Origin: Setoptus koraiensis
Lineage: Eukaryota; Animalia; Arthropoda
Length of the DNA stretch: 64,000 bases
Direction: 5' to 3'
Assembly (NCBI GenBank): GCA_048013815.1
Contig: CM106586.1
Coordinates: forward strand, 21,576,001-21,640,000
In this document: in pieces, positions 43,346 to 53,332 of the stretch
Position numbering within the stretch: the first letter of the stretch is position 1
Layout: each line of letters begins with the position of its first letter
The notes under the pieces: model-generated
Told to the model about the DNA's origin: nothing
The model's input: the letters and a program-made list of their open reading frames with translations, nothing else
Databases searched by the model: none
Translations under genes and position numbers: made by a program

Positions 43346-44887
43346 CTATATATCGATAAATTTCATAGTTATCGGCTTTTCTGGGACATTTATCAACATT
43401 GTCTTTGTTTTCACTATATCTTGACACTCCACCTTGAAATCCCTAATAATGTGGCCAACAAGAGAATATATTTGGAGCTCGGCGAATCTTCGACCTATGC
43501 ACATCCTTGCGCCATAACCAAACGGCAACAATGCATATGGATTAGGTTTATTCTGCGGTGGCCCGGATCGATAAGATTGCCATCGATACGGCTTATATAG
43601 TGACGCCTCTTCGAAAGTATTTTCGTCCAGGCATGCTATTTGATTATGAGTAATCACCATGGTATTTTTCTTAATACTGTAATTACGTATGACCGTACCC
43701 TCGTAATCTAAATATCGGCCAGTTCCAACTGACAGAGGTTGCAATCGCATACTTTCTTTTACACAATCGTGAAGGAATGTCATTTTGTCAAATGACTCCT
43801 TTGTGAATTTAGACTTGTTGCGTGGCAAATGGAGAAGAATCTCTTTTCTAAGCTCTTCTTGTACTGCTGGATTGAGAGCCAAATGGTAGAGAACGAAAGC
43901 GACGGAGAATGAGGTGGTGTGCAAACCAGCAAGAATAAGATCTAAGGTCATTGTTGTGATATCTTTATCATCGGCGCCGTCCAACGTCAAAAACTGAGAC
44001 AAGAGTGATTCTTTGGTTGACTTGCCCCCACTATTTGCCCTGGTTCTATTGATTTGATCAAAGACAAAATCATATACGGTTTCTTGTGATCTTAATAATT
44101 TCTGATAGTGCGGGCATTTAGCTGGGGCATTTTTCCATAATTCATTGTGGGATGTCTCAGTTTTTGCTATAGATTCCAACGTATCATGATTGGCTTGTAT
44201 CAATTTCCTGATATTAGACAAGTGCTTGCTGTCAAAATGATCATCATGAGTATTCAGTATAATCTTAAGAGAATTCTCCATAGACCAATCATATAAATAC
44301 TTTTGTAAATAGCTAACCTCATAAGTTTTGCTATCTCTATTGCTTACTAGATAAGGAATGAATTTTGTTGTTATGGATTCTATGATGTCGGCATAGCGTA
44401 AAACGTTAGACTTGGCCATCAGCAAATGGTTAAATCTTTTTCTTTGTTTATACCAATTTGCACCGTTTTCAGGAAATAAACCTCCATCATTATATTTCTC
44501 TGGCCTGTCAAGACGGTATTTCAGCAAAGCCCTGTGTGATCTTCGATGAGGATATTGACCCTTCAGTCTCAGGAAATGCCCCTCCTGTCTGAAGAGAGTT
44601 TCGATATCACTGGGATCGAATAAATGAAGAACAACAAGATCACTGTTTATTTGTTCCCTTACGATTGGGCCGTAACGTTTAAAATTGTATAATCCATTTT
44701 CTAGTATAGTGTCAGGGTTATATTGCCCTATAATGGGTAGATAACGCCATACGTTACCAATAAGTGGCAAACCGACTGGTCCAGGTATGTCATTAAAATC
44801 CCTAACGGTGGACGATTGCTGCCTACATGGAACGAAAAATCTTTTGGGAAGCTGGATCTTCTTTTGGATTCTCAAGAATAGACCCAT
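43346..44887 (-). CDS. CYP302A1: Mitochondrial-clan cytochrome P450, ecdysteroid 22-hydroxylase (disembodied)
   Basis: DIPGP, YLPIIGQY, YPHRRSHRALLKYR..PEKYNDGGL, AGLHTT, KESMRL, PYRW, heme motif PFGYGARMCIG. The mitochondrial presequence starts at the ATG at 44887. Confidence 0.85.
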   Translation of the reverse strand: MGLFLRIQKKIQLPKRFFVPCRQQSSTVRDFNDIPGPVGLPLIGNVWRYLPIIGQYNPDTILENGLYNFKRYGPIVREQINSDLVVLHLFDPSDIETLFRQEGHFLRLKGQYPHRRSHRALLKYRLDRPEKYNDGGLFPENGANWYKQRKRFNHLLMAKSNVLRYADIIESITTKFIPYLVSNRDSKTYEVSYLQKYLYDWSMENSLKIILNTHDDHFDSKHLSNIRKLIQANHDTLESIAKTETSHNELWKNAPAKCPHYQKLLRSQETVYDFVFDQINRTRANSGGKSTKESLLSQFLTLDGADDKDITTMTLDLILAGLHTTSFSVAFVLYHLALNPAVQEELRKEILLHLPRNKSKFTKESFDKMTFLHDCVKESMRLQPLSVGTGRYLDYEGTVIRNYSIKKNTMVITHNQIACLDENTFEEASLYKPYRWQSYRSGPPQNKPNPYALLPFGYGARMCIGRRFAELQIYSLVGHIIRDFKVECQDIVKTKTMLINVPEKPITMKFIDI

Positions 44888-47812
44888 AAGATAAAAATCT
44901 GAGAGCTCGAGGCACCTAGTAAGATTGCTTGATTGAAACAAATTTAAACTTTGACACAAATATTAAACTTTGAGATTACACTATGTATGCTTAAGATAAA
45001 AAATACACCTTGTTTCGGATGGTGCAAACAATTCTCATTGACACAGCCGGAATTTCCAATGCGGCTATATCAGCTGACATTGTGCTGATATCGTCCTGAT
45101 ACTGGCCACAATCGATTGGTTGCCATATATTAAACGAGTGGCCAAAATTGCCAATGGCAACTTTACCATCTACCTCAAGGTAAACTCAAATTGCATCTGC
45201 AGAGGACATGTGAAACATGTTTGAAAACACCTGCACGATTATGCAATAGTTATCAAAGTTGACAATTCAACTTCAACACTAAAACAAGGCGATTAGAATG
45301 GCATAATCAGCGAGAATTGAGTAAGTTCTATATATAAAGGAAAGAAAACAGGTTAGTCGCTGATTTAGCAAGCTTGGATATATCAGAGGCTGTTGAGCGA
45401 GCAGTCTGGTCGATTCATGAGCCAATCTATAGCTTGAGCTAAATTGATTGAGTTGCAATACATAGACACTTATAAGTAAATTATTACCTCATTGTGAACG
45501 AAAAAGGTGTATCAGCCGACTGATTGTTCATGACAATTGTATCACTTCGAATTGTTGCATCGAATTTAATGGTGAATAAATTAAATTAGTTACAAACTGT
45601 GTGTGATTTATGTTGTAAACCAGAATAGAAATACATATTCCATTCTGTGAAGGATATCAAGTTAGCGAGTTTATAGTGCTGACTTGAGTGAAATTGATTT
45701 TGGATTACTTCAGGCTATAGAATTGAGGACCGATCTGGATAATTAAGAATAAGCATCGCCTTTCATGGTGCTCGTCGATAAGTTGGTGGACATGCGGAAA
45801 TAAATGATCTTTTGATCATCATATTTTGTTTGTTTGTTATTAGAAGGTCAATACTCGCTTTTGTCTGCGAGAGAGAAACGATTGGATGCAAAGCCCTACT
45901 ACCCATCGATCTTATCATTACATCATATGTACAATAGCACTGGTAAGTGACATGTCCGTCATTAATTGTAATAAACGAAAATTTATCATAAAAATCATAT
46001 CAGTTTTTTTTTCATTCACTCTCACTTACTTTCTTTCTCTATCTCTCCAAGTTGTGCATCCTTTTCTGAGCTTGGATATCATTGATGACCCTGGTTTAGT
46101 GAACTATAACAGGTCGTAAGCGCTTATTTGATGAGCAGACAGTTAAACATGATTAGCGGATTGAAGTTTCTTAATTAATTGATTCTCATCGCAAATGGAC
46201 TCCAAGCATGCAACTTGAGATTGGTCCTCTTTATCTTGATACGCAATTATAGCGACGAGAAACGTTAATTTGTCTGCTATGGGCTCCCACTGCTCAATAT
46301 TGTCTATTATATAATCTTTCGACCTTGCGCTGAGTTAGCTGGCAAATTACTAATAACTTTTTTAGGTTAAAGTTTTTACTCAAGAAATTCATATTTCTAT
46401 AGAGAACCCGTGAATTAACTTATGGTATCGCCTGCGATAGTACCTGATGACAAGAGAGTGTATCCATGCCTAAATTATATCATTCTAGTGATACAAGATG
46501 ATCATTGCAATCAACCAAAACAACAAGCAACCAACGAAACCAATTATGTAACATCTCTAAACAGTGTTTCTGCCTATCTTAGCTTTATCGCAAATCGGGA
46601 GCTCTAAGTCTCAAACCAAATCACCTTCAAAACTCCTTCATAAGGCAAAAATAACGTTTATTGCGATAAGAGTGAATATTAATTGAATTCCTTGGCCAGA
46701 TACACAACACAAAAACACATATCTGACTTGGTCGCTTGGTTAGCGTGCAGAAAAAGCCTAAAATGTGACCATGAAAAAAGTCTAACGAGTTAGCATGAGG
46801 TAGCTACTATATAATTGTCTGGTGCTTGTAATGGATTGCCGCCAAATGATTATATTGTGATTGATAATACTACTCAGTTTAAATATTCTATATATTATTT
46901 AAAGTTATCCATCTATTTTCCTTTGCAATAATATTTGAATCGGCAACCAAATAGTGAGCTTAATTTAAACACTCAATCCTTATCATCGCCTGTGAGAAAA
47001 GAAAGAATTGTGTGATCTTGAACTAGTCTCACTTGAGTTATGTAATAGTGATAGTAATAATAATGACAATATAACAATTTAAGGTTAACTTATTTGGAGT
47101 GTAACTGTGTTTGTGCATTTATGTCGAGATAATGAGAAAGCTTTTCCGCTTGAGCTGGGCGCAGACGTGCCGTATAAGCATAATAACTGTGTAGAATTAC
47201 TCTGTTACGTAATTATATCTTCAGATGACTGATGATTACTGCAAATTGTTGCTAATTTCTCAGATTTCTACTACAACTAGTTATGAACATCACCTGAGTA
47301 CGAACGCAGAGATAAAAATCAACAAACAATCTTGTCAATCAGTCAAGTGTAGAGCGAGACCAGGGCTCTGCTCATGCCACTACCTGTATTTTTCATTGCT
47401 AGCAGGTATAAGGTAATGTGTACTAAAATCACACATCAGTTTGATGAAAGAGAACAAGTCGAAAACACTCCGCCTAGTTTGTGTTTATCCGACTAATAGC
47501 GTGCAACACAATGAAGACAGACATCAAATCTAGATTTGGTCACTTCCTTATGTAACTCTGAAACTATAGCGCGATGTCACCTAAGCACGCCTACCTTTAC
47601 ATCTGTGGCGTTGATTGTATTCATCATTGTTGGCTCGAAACTCATGGTCAGTGAAACACGTACCACAGCTAGGCCATTATAGATGGTATGGCCTTAGATA
47701 ACGAGGTTGAAGATAAGTTGGGTGGGCTTTGATTAGCTTCGACCGCTTTCACGTGTTGGCACGCATACTTTTGGGTGCCCGTCTAGAGTTTTCCCAAGCT
47801 GAGTTGGATTAG

Positions 47813-47819
47813 TATAAAA
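47813..47819 (+). promoter_or_regulatory. TATA box of the small secreted-protein gene
   Basis: TATAAAA about 29 bp upstream of an initiator-like TCATC at 47842, followed by an A/C-rich 5' UTR and the ATG at 47978. Confidence 0.6.
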
Positions 47820-47977
47820 TAAATCCATTTCGACTCTACAATCATCACAAATCAATTCATCCTCGATCAATTCACTACTACAAACAAGCAAACAATTAAG
47901 ATTTTACCAAACAATTGCATTTAAGCAAATAGTCACCACTCCAATCAACAAATTAAACTAAAAACAACTAAATCAAA

Positions 47978-48313
47978 ATGAACAAATCGGTGAGTGAACT
48001 ATCCACAAACACACTAGATATACTAACAAACAATCATATCGCTCTAATACTAATGGATAAAACTATTCTCATCCATCGCCAGATCGCTATCTGCCTAGTT
48101 TTTTTGGCTTGTGTTGCATGCGCTGCCGCCCAATACGGAGGCTACCATCAACCAGAACAGAAACACTTCCTTTCATTGCCCATTCCAAAGCTCAGGATAT
48201 CCATGGATAAATTGATGCTCCCAATCCCCAACTTGATGAGCCTATTCTCGTCGCACGATGATGACGAATACTACGCACCACCTCCCCATTACGCACCACC
48301 AAGATACTACTAG
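47978..48313 (+). CDS. Small secreted Tyr/Pro-rich (cuticle-like) protein, 80 aa; exons 47978-47989 and 48083-48313
   Basis: Removing the 93-nt intron (GTGAGT at 47990...CGCCAG at 48082) gives the signal peptide MNKSIAICLVFLACVACAAA, then QYGGY...YYAPPPHYAPPRYY. Confidence 0.8.
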   Translation: MNKSVSELSTNTLDILTNNHIALILMDKTILIHRQIAICLVFLACVACAAAQYGGYHQPEQKHFLSLPIPKLRISMDKLMLPIPNLMSLFSSHDDDEYYAPPPHYAPPRYY

Positions 48314-48550
48314 ATCATTGGTTATGTGTGCTAATAATCAATAATATTATTCACAACCACAACCAGCTCTTACTCGTCCTAACTATTTATGATGAGCTAC
48401 AATCACAATTTTTGATAATGAGTTTAATAGATCTGAACAAAGATCGACTATCTCAAATAACAATCTTGTAAAATTGATGCTTTATATACATTACTATGAA
48501 GAGCAAATAATAAACACTTCCAATAAACCAACAAACAAATAGTCTCATTG

Positions 48551-48670
48551 ACAAGGTAAACTTTTTTACGGGGTACAAGAGATTTCAACTGACTATAGCG
48601 TAAATCTTCTCTCTCGATCGAGCTGAGCAAGAAACTATATATCAAAACCTCAACTGAGGACTAGTTTTTG
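48551..48670 (+). repeat. Dispersed 120-bp repeat, copy C
   Basis: 84% ungapped identity to 20541-20660. Confidence 0.85.
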
Positions 48671-49060
48671 TTGGAACAGTTACATTGTTTATTTGAACTC
48701 AATTGTTCTACTCTGACAAAGTAAATCATCAATTCCTTGAGAGTGATCACTCCAAACATTGAGTTTTATTTGACAGTGATTAGCCAAAGTTTCAAATGCA
48801 TCTAGCTCAAATCTATTCCGCGCTGTGGCGCTCACCGCTCGCCATTTACAGAAAGGACAGGTGACTTGTTAACCGTGGTAGACGTGGAACCGCCAAATGA
48901 AAACACATGTGATGAAAATAGATTGTTATTGTGGAGAACAAAAACGTGGTTGTTTTCAAAACTTCAGCAAATCAATCGCAACCTATGTAGAGGAATGGAA
49001 ACTGGCAATCAATTAACCCACATCAGTCACATCTTCGTTGCGTTTATATATTAATTATCA

Positions 49061-51100
49061 GTGATGGGAGTAAGAGGTCTACAGACATTCATCAGAAACA
49101 ATGATGACCTATTGGACAAGGATTATCGGCTTCATAATACTTTTCTGGTTGTCGATGCTTGTAATTTTGTTAGTGCCTCCTTTTCTAGGAGCCAAAAGCA
49201 TGGACGTAAAGATTTATTTGGAGGAGACATGACAGAATATGGTCGATTTTTGCAGATGATACTTGCCAATTTCAAAAGGTGCAAAATAACACCCATATTT
49301 GTGTTTGACGGAGCCCAAACAAAAGAGAAATGTAAGGACAAAACGAAAGAGAAATTTCGCAGAGCTTTGGAACGATTCAAAGTAGTAATGAAGATAAACA
49401 GACTCGGCTTTGGTGATTTAGTATTGCCAGCAACAACAACGACTATTATGAAATCTATTCTGTCTGACAATGACATTACTTGTTGTCAGTCTATTTATGA
49501 AGCAGATGCTGACATCGCCAGAATAGCCAATAATCTCAAATGTCCAGTTTTGTCCAACGATAGCGACTTTTTCATATTCAATCTATCGCACGGTCTTATC
49601 TTGATAGAGGATCTCAATTTTTCTCAAATCAGAAAAGCAACTTATTCCGAAGCCAACGGTGATATTTTCGACGGCAGTGACGCTAATCACGCCGAACATG
49701 AATTCACCATCTATCATTATATGCCATGCAGACTATTCACTCAGGATAAATTTATCAGTTTTTTTCCCATGTTAGACAAAAGACTGTTACCTCTGTTAGC
49801 CATTTTGGCAGGGAATGATTTCATGAAACGGGCATACTTTGAAAAAGTTTGTTCACTGTTACCTAACCCTCAAAAATGTGGCACAAAAAGGATGAAATCT
49901 ATGCTTAAATCAAATCACCAGCATATAAAATTAATTAAAATTTTGTTCTGGTTATGTAACAAAACAATAGATGAAGCGATCAAACAAATAGTCATCAAAT
50001 TGCCTCGGGACGATAGAAAGACTGCACGACAGTTGATATTGGACAACTTGAAAGTGTACATTGTTCCCTCTAAGGACGAATTTGTTAAGGAACTTATCGA
50101 TTATTATATGCCGGGTTATCTAAGCACAATGAGTAACCAACCACCCGAAAAAGATTGTTCAGAGAAAGAAACTGATATTTCGCAATTGGAGCTTTCTATC
50201 TCGTGGATTCGTCGTTCAACAGAAAAATCAACCTTAAACCACACCTGTCTCGAATACATTTTCCGGAACAATGTCTATGTCAGCTCACACATGGATGATC
50301 CAGATTTACCAAGTGCCCACCTGTGTCAAATGAGACCCATTAGAGTAATGTTAACCTTACTAAGGTCGTCGTTATCGGATAATGATAAATTCTGTTATCG
50401 TTACGATCGGCTTGGAAATCGTTATGAAGCATACAAATTGTATCCACTTCTAACATTGGACAATTTCGGTGAAGTGCCTTATTTACTATATGACATACCG
50501 ACTATAGAAATTTCTGTTAAGCAGGAGCTCCTATTTTCAACTTTTCATTCATCAAAGGCTCATTTCAATGAGAAGGTGGCCAAATTTAACAAACACTTTG
50601 CTGACATGACAGCAATACAGATGTGTTTGATACCAATCATATTGAGATATATTGCTATCGAAGACACAAATAATATGTGGAAGGATTTCAGATATGCCTT
50701 GTTATTTTGCGCTATCTTTCACATGGTCACACAACGTAATGATGTGAGATTTCAAAATACTGTAGATCCAAATGGTGATCTTGCTGAGTTTTTAATATCT
50801 ACAACCAAAAGACTCGAGCTCGATAGTGTCCCAAGGTTGAACAATTCAAGACTATACAACTGTCGATTGATGCATTACATCACTCAATTTCAATCAGCAG
50901 TCATCTCATTTAATCATCTAAATGCTTTGTTGGGTGATTGTTGTCCTAGTGTGAGGACGGATTCTTGGTTGAATTCTTGCTTTGTTTATAATATGACAGA
51001 ATCCATCAGAAGAGGAAAATTTAAAATCATATCATTTCTCGACAAATTCTCGGAGTTCTCAAAAGTGATAAATAAATTCGAGAAGAACTGCAATATTTGA
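49061..51100 (+). CDS. ASTE1: Protein asteroid (XPG/PIN-like nuclease family)
   Basis: MGVRGLQTFI, LVVDACN, GGDM..Y, PIFVFDG, YEADADIA, CPVLSNDSDFFIF, LAGNDF. Confidence 0.9.
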   Translation: MMGVRGLQTFIRNNDDLLDKDYRLHNTFLVVDACNFVSASFSRSQKHGRKDLFGGDMTEYGRFLQMILANFKRCKITPIFVFDGAQTKEKCKDKTKEKFRRALERFKVVMKINRLGFGDLVLPATTTTIMKSILSDNDITCCQSIYEADADIARIANNLKCPVLSNDSDFFIFNLSHGLILIEDLNFSQIRKATYSEANGDIFDGSDANHAEHEFTIYHYMPCRLFTQDKFISFFPMLDKRLLPLLAILAGNDFMKRAYFEKVCSLLPNPQKCGTKRMKSMLKSNHQHIKLIKILFWLCNKTIDEAIKQIVIKLPRDDRKTARQLILDNLKVYIVPSKDEFVKELIDYYMPGYLSTMSNQPPEKDCSEKETDISQLELSISWIRRSTEKSTLNHTCLEYIFRNNVYVSSHMDDPDLPSAHLCQMRPIRVMLTLLRSSLSDNDKFCYRYDRLGNRYEAYKLYPLLTLDNFGEVPYLLYDIPTIEISVKQELLFSTFHSSKAHFNEKVAKFNKHFADMTAIQMCLIPIILRYIAIEDTNNMWKDFRYALLFCAIFHMVTQRNDVRFQNTVDPNGDLAEFLISTTKRLELDSVPRLNNSRLYNCRLMHYITQFQSAVISFNHLNALLGDCCPSVRTDSWLNSCFVYNMTESIRRGKFKIISFLDKFSEFSKVINKFEKNCNI

Positions 51101-51214
51101 TATCACAAACAATGTTTTTTAATCACCAATTCAATAATCTACAATTAGACTGATGACATTACATTTGAGATCATTTTACGGTCACAACCATATGACAAGT
51201 TGCATAGCACTAGG

Positions 51215-52264
51215 CTAACTAAGAGACGAGATCAAGATTGATATTGATGCGGTTAATAATAAAAATACTATAAGTGCTTTGAAAGCTATTTGTTGAATGC
51301 TACCTAGTTGGTATTTGTATAGATATGCTTCCCATCCTCCCTGTTGAGAAATCCACCATGCTAGATCTCTCTCGACAAAATCAAGGAATCCTTCCAAAAG
51401 GGGACAGACATATTCAGGTTGTCCTAATCGCAAACAATCCAAAGACATAGCACCAAATATGGCGAACAAAGCTGCAATTCTACTCCAAGTAATCTCGCTT
51501 CTTGTTAATTCTTGGCATATTGTTTTTTGAACGTTCAAGAGATTCCGGCATGAAGTAAATTTATCGATTCCAATATGCTCGTAGATCGAATTTCCATAAA
51601 AGCTTGGTGCCAATGTTTGCAACTCTTTTATCATATTTACTAATTCAATGAATATCTGATTGTTCATGGAAGGATTCAGCGGATACTTTCGAACCATGGG
51701 GGTATCTTTTTCATTTTGGCGAGTTGTTCTACTTGTTGAAGGTTTCAACCGGTTGAGTGCCAATTTCCTGGTAGGCATAGAGTTCTGCCTAAATTTCATG
51801 TACACATATCTGAGGCAAAGCCAGCGAGTTTGTTCAACTATTCTCTCCTGGCTGGCGGGTAACTTGAGACCTATTCTAGCTGTCAATTGTTGGCCCACTG
51901 CCAAGCCTACTTCCGATAGTCTCTTCGCTTGAAAGGACGACCGATGAAAAGGCAAAGCTGTTAACGGACTCATCTCATGAGTTGTAGAAGCCAGATAGTC
52001 GGCAGGCGAGTGTTGTCCTATGAGCGGTTGTAAACTTGATCTCCTGCCTCCACCTTCATAACCTAAATTCGAGTTTTGGTTGGTCAACCTCCTTTGAATT
52101 TCCAGCGCGGAAGGTGTAGCGTGAGTGGAATTGAAGAATGGATTCACATTTGAGGATAAGAACTGAGGCCCTTGCTTGGCAATATCAGCAGAAGCGGATC
52201 CTCTGGGAGGTTTATAATGGTTTTTACTATAAGGAGACATTCTAGATACCGATTCTGTCGGCAT
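51215..52264 (-). CDS. BOK: Bcl-2 family protein, BOK/Buffy/Debcl-like
   Basis: BH1 ITWSRIAALFA, SLDCLRLG, BH2 WISQQGGW and a C-terminal TM anchor. Confidence 0.8.
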   Translation of the reverse strand: MPTESVSRMSPYSKNHYKPPRGSASADIAKQGPQFLSSNVNPFFNSTHATPSALEIQRRLTNQNSNLGYEGGGRRSSLQPLIGQHSPADYLASTTHEMSPLTALPFHRSSFQAKRLSEVGLAVGQQLTARIGLKLPASQERIVEQTRWLCLRYVYMKFRQNSMPTRKLALNRLKPSTSRTTRQNEKDTPMVRKYPLNPSMNNQIFIELVNMIKELQTLAPSFYGNSIYEHIGIDKFTSCRNLLNVQKTICQELTRSEITWSRIAALFAIFGAMSLDCLRLGQPEYVCPLLEGFLDFVERDLAWWISQQGGWEAYLYKYQLGSIQQIAFKALIVFLLLTASISILISSLS

Positions 52265-53332
52265 TTATAACAACAGTACTGATATGTACTAAGTTCTTGG
52301 GTTTTAATATATTGGCTGCGTTGTAATACTGTGCTAATACTCTAAAGATTCTGTTGATCAAAACATAGGCAACTAAGAAAATGAATATTCCTAGAATCGA
52401 TTTTGTACGATGTACCTCCTAACACTACAAAAGCATATACATCTGCTGAAGTCATTATCAGAATTTGTTTGCAGTTATGAACGTTTTTATGAGTCGATTC
52501 TCTGAACACATGTTGATACCGTCAGCAGTCCATTGATGATTCTACATGTGACGGTTGACTGAATTGTTACATGACAGATATAAGGGCACGTCGGTATCGA
52601 TGATGTTTTTCAGCTGCAGAACTTGTTTTTAATGATTTAGCTTGTAGTATTGTTGATTTTAGTCTCTCCCACTAGCGAGAGGTGGAGGCACACAGCTTTT
52701 CAGGTATTTAGCTTTGTGAATATCAACCAATAATCGTCGGATATTTATTTTAGATTAATATTAGCAAAATTTTGATGCTATCCTAGAGTTCTCACTGGAT
52801 AATCCGCACTGCGGATACATTGTTTGTCGGATAGTATTCTTTCTAGTTGCGACGTTCTTTATGAGAGAGATGAGTTTGGTAGACTTAGAACTAGTTGATC
52901 TAGAGTTACCTGCGACTCAAAGTTGGCTTTGTTATGAGCAAACAGAGCTTGTTACTGTGGTTCTTCTCAAGTAACTACCTTCATCAAAGTGAGTCCTTGG
53001 CATGTTCGCTGAACCTTCTCTTACTCATTGCAAGATAGAATTAATCGACTTCATGACTAATTCATACAATTTTGATGATAAATAATTGGCATTGCATATT
53101 TTCCTCCTAATAACCCCGGTGAGTTCTCGGTCAATTATTCTGAGTATGGCTCACGATCAGATTTCATTCTTATCAAATATTTGCTGAGCCTTGTATTTCA
53201 GAATGAATAGGTCTCATTCTGCGACCTACTTACTCAACTCCTTACCCGGATCGTCGGGACTAATTATATGGGTGTATCCGACACTACCACATCTATTCGC
53301 TCCAAATATTCATGACTCCGAATAAGTTCAAG

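Noticed and set aside
45170-45850. Nuclear-receptor half-sites (TCAAGGTA, AAGGTCA) upstream of CYP302A1
   Set aside because: Motifs of 7-8 bp are expected by chance in several kb. They cannot be supported without conservation data.
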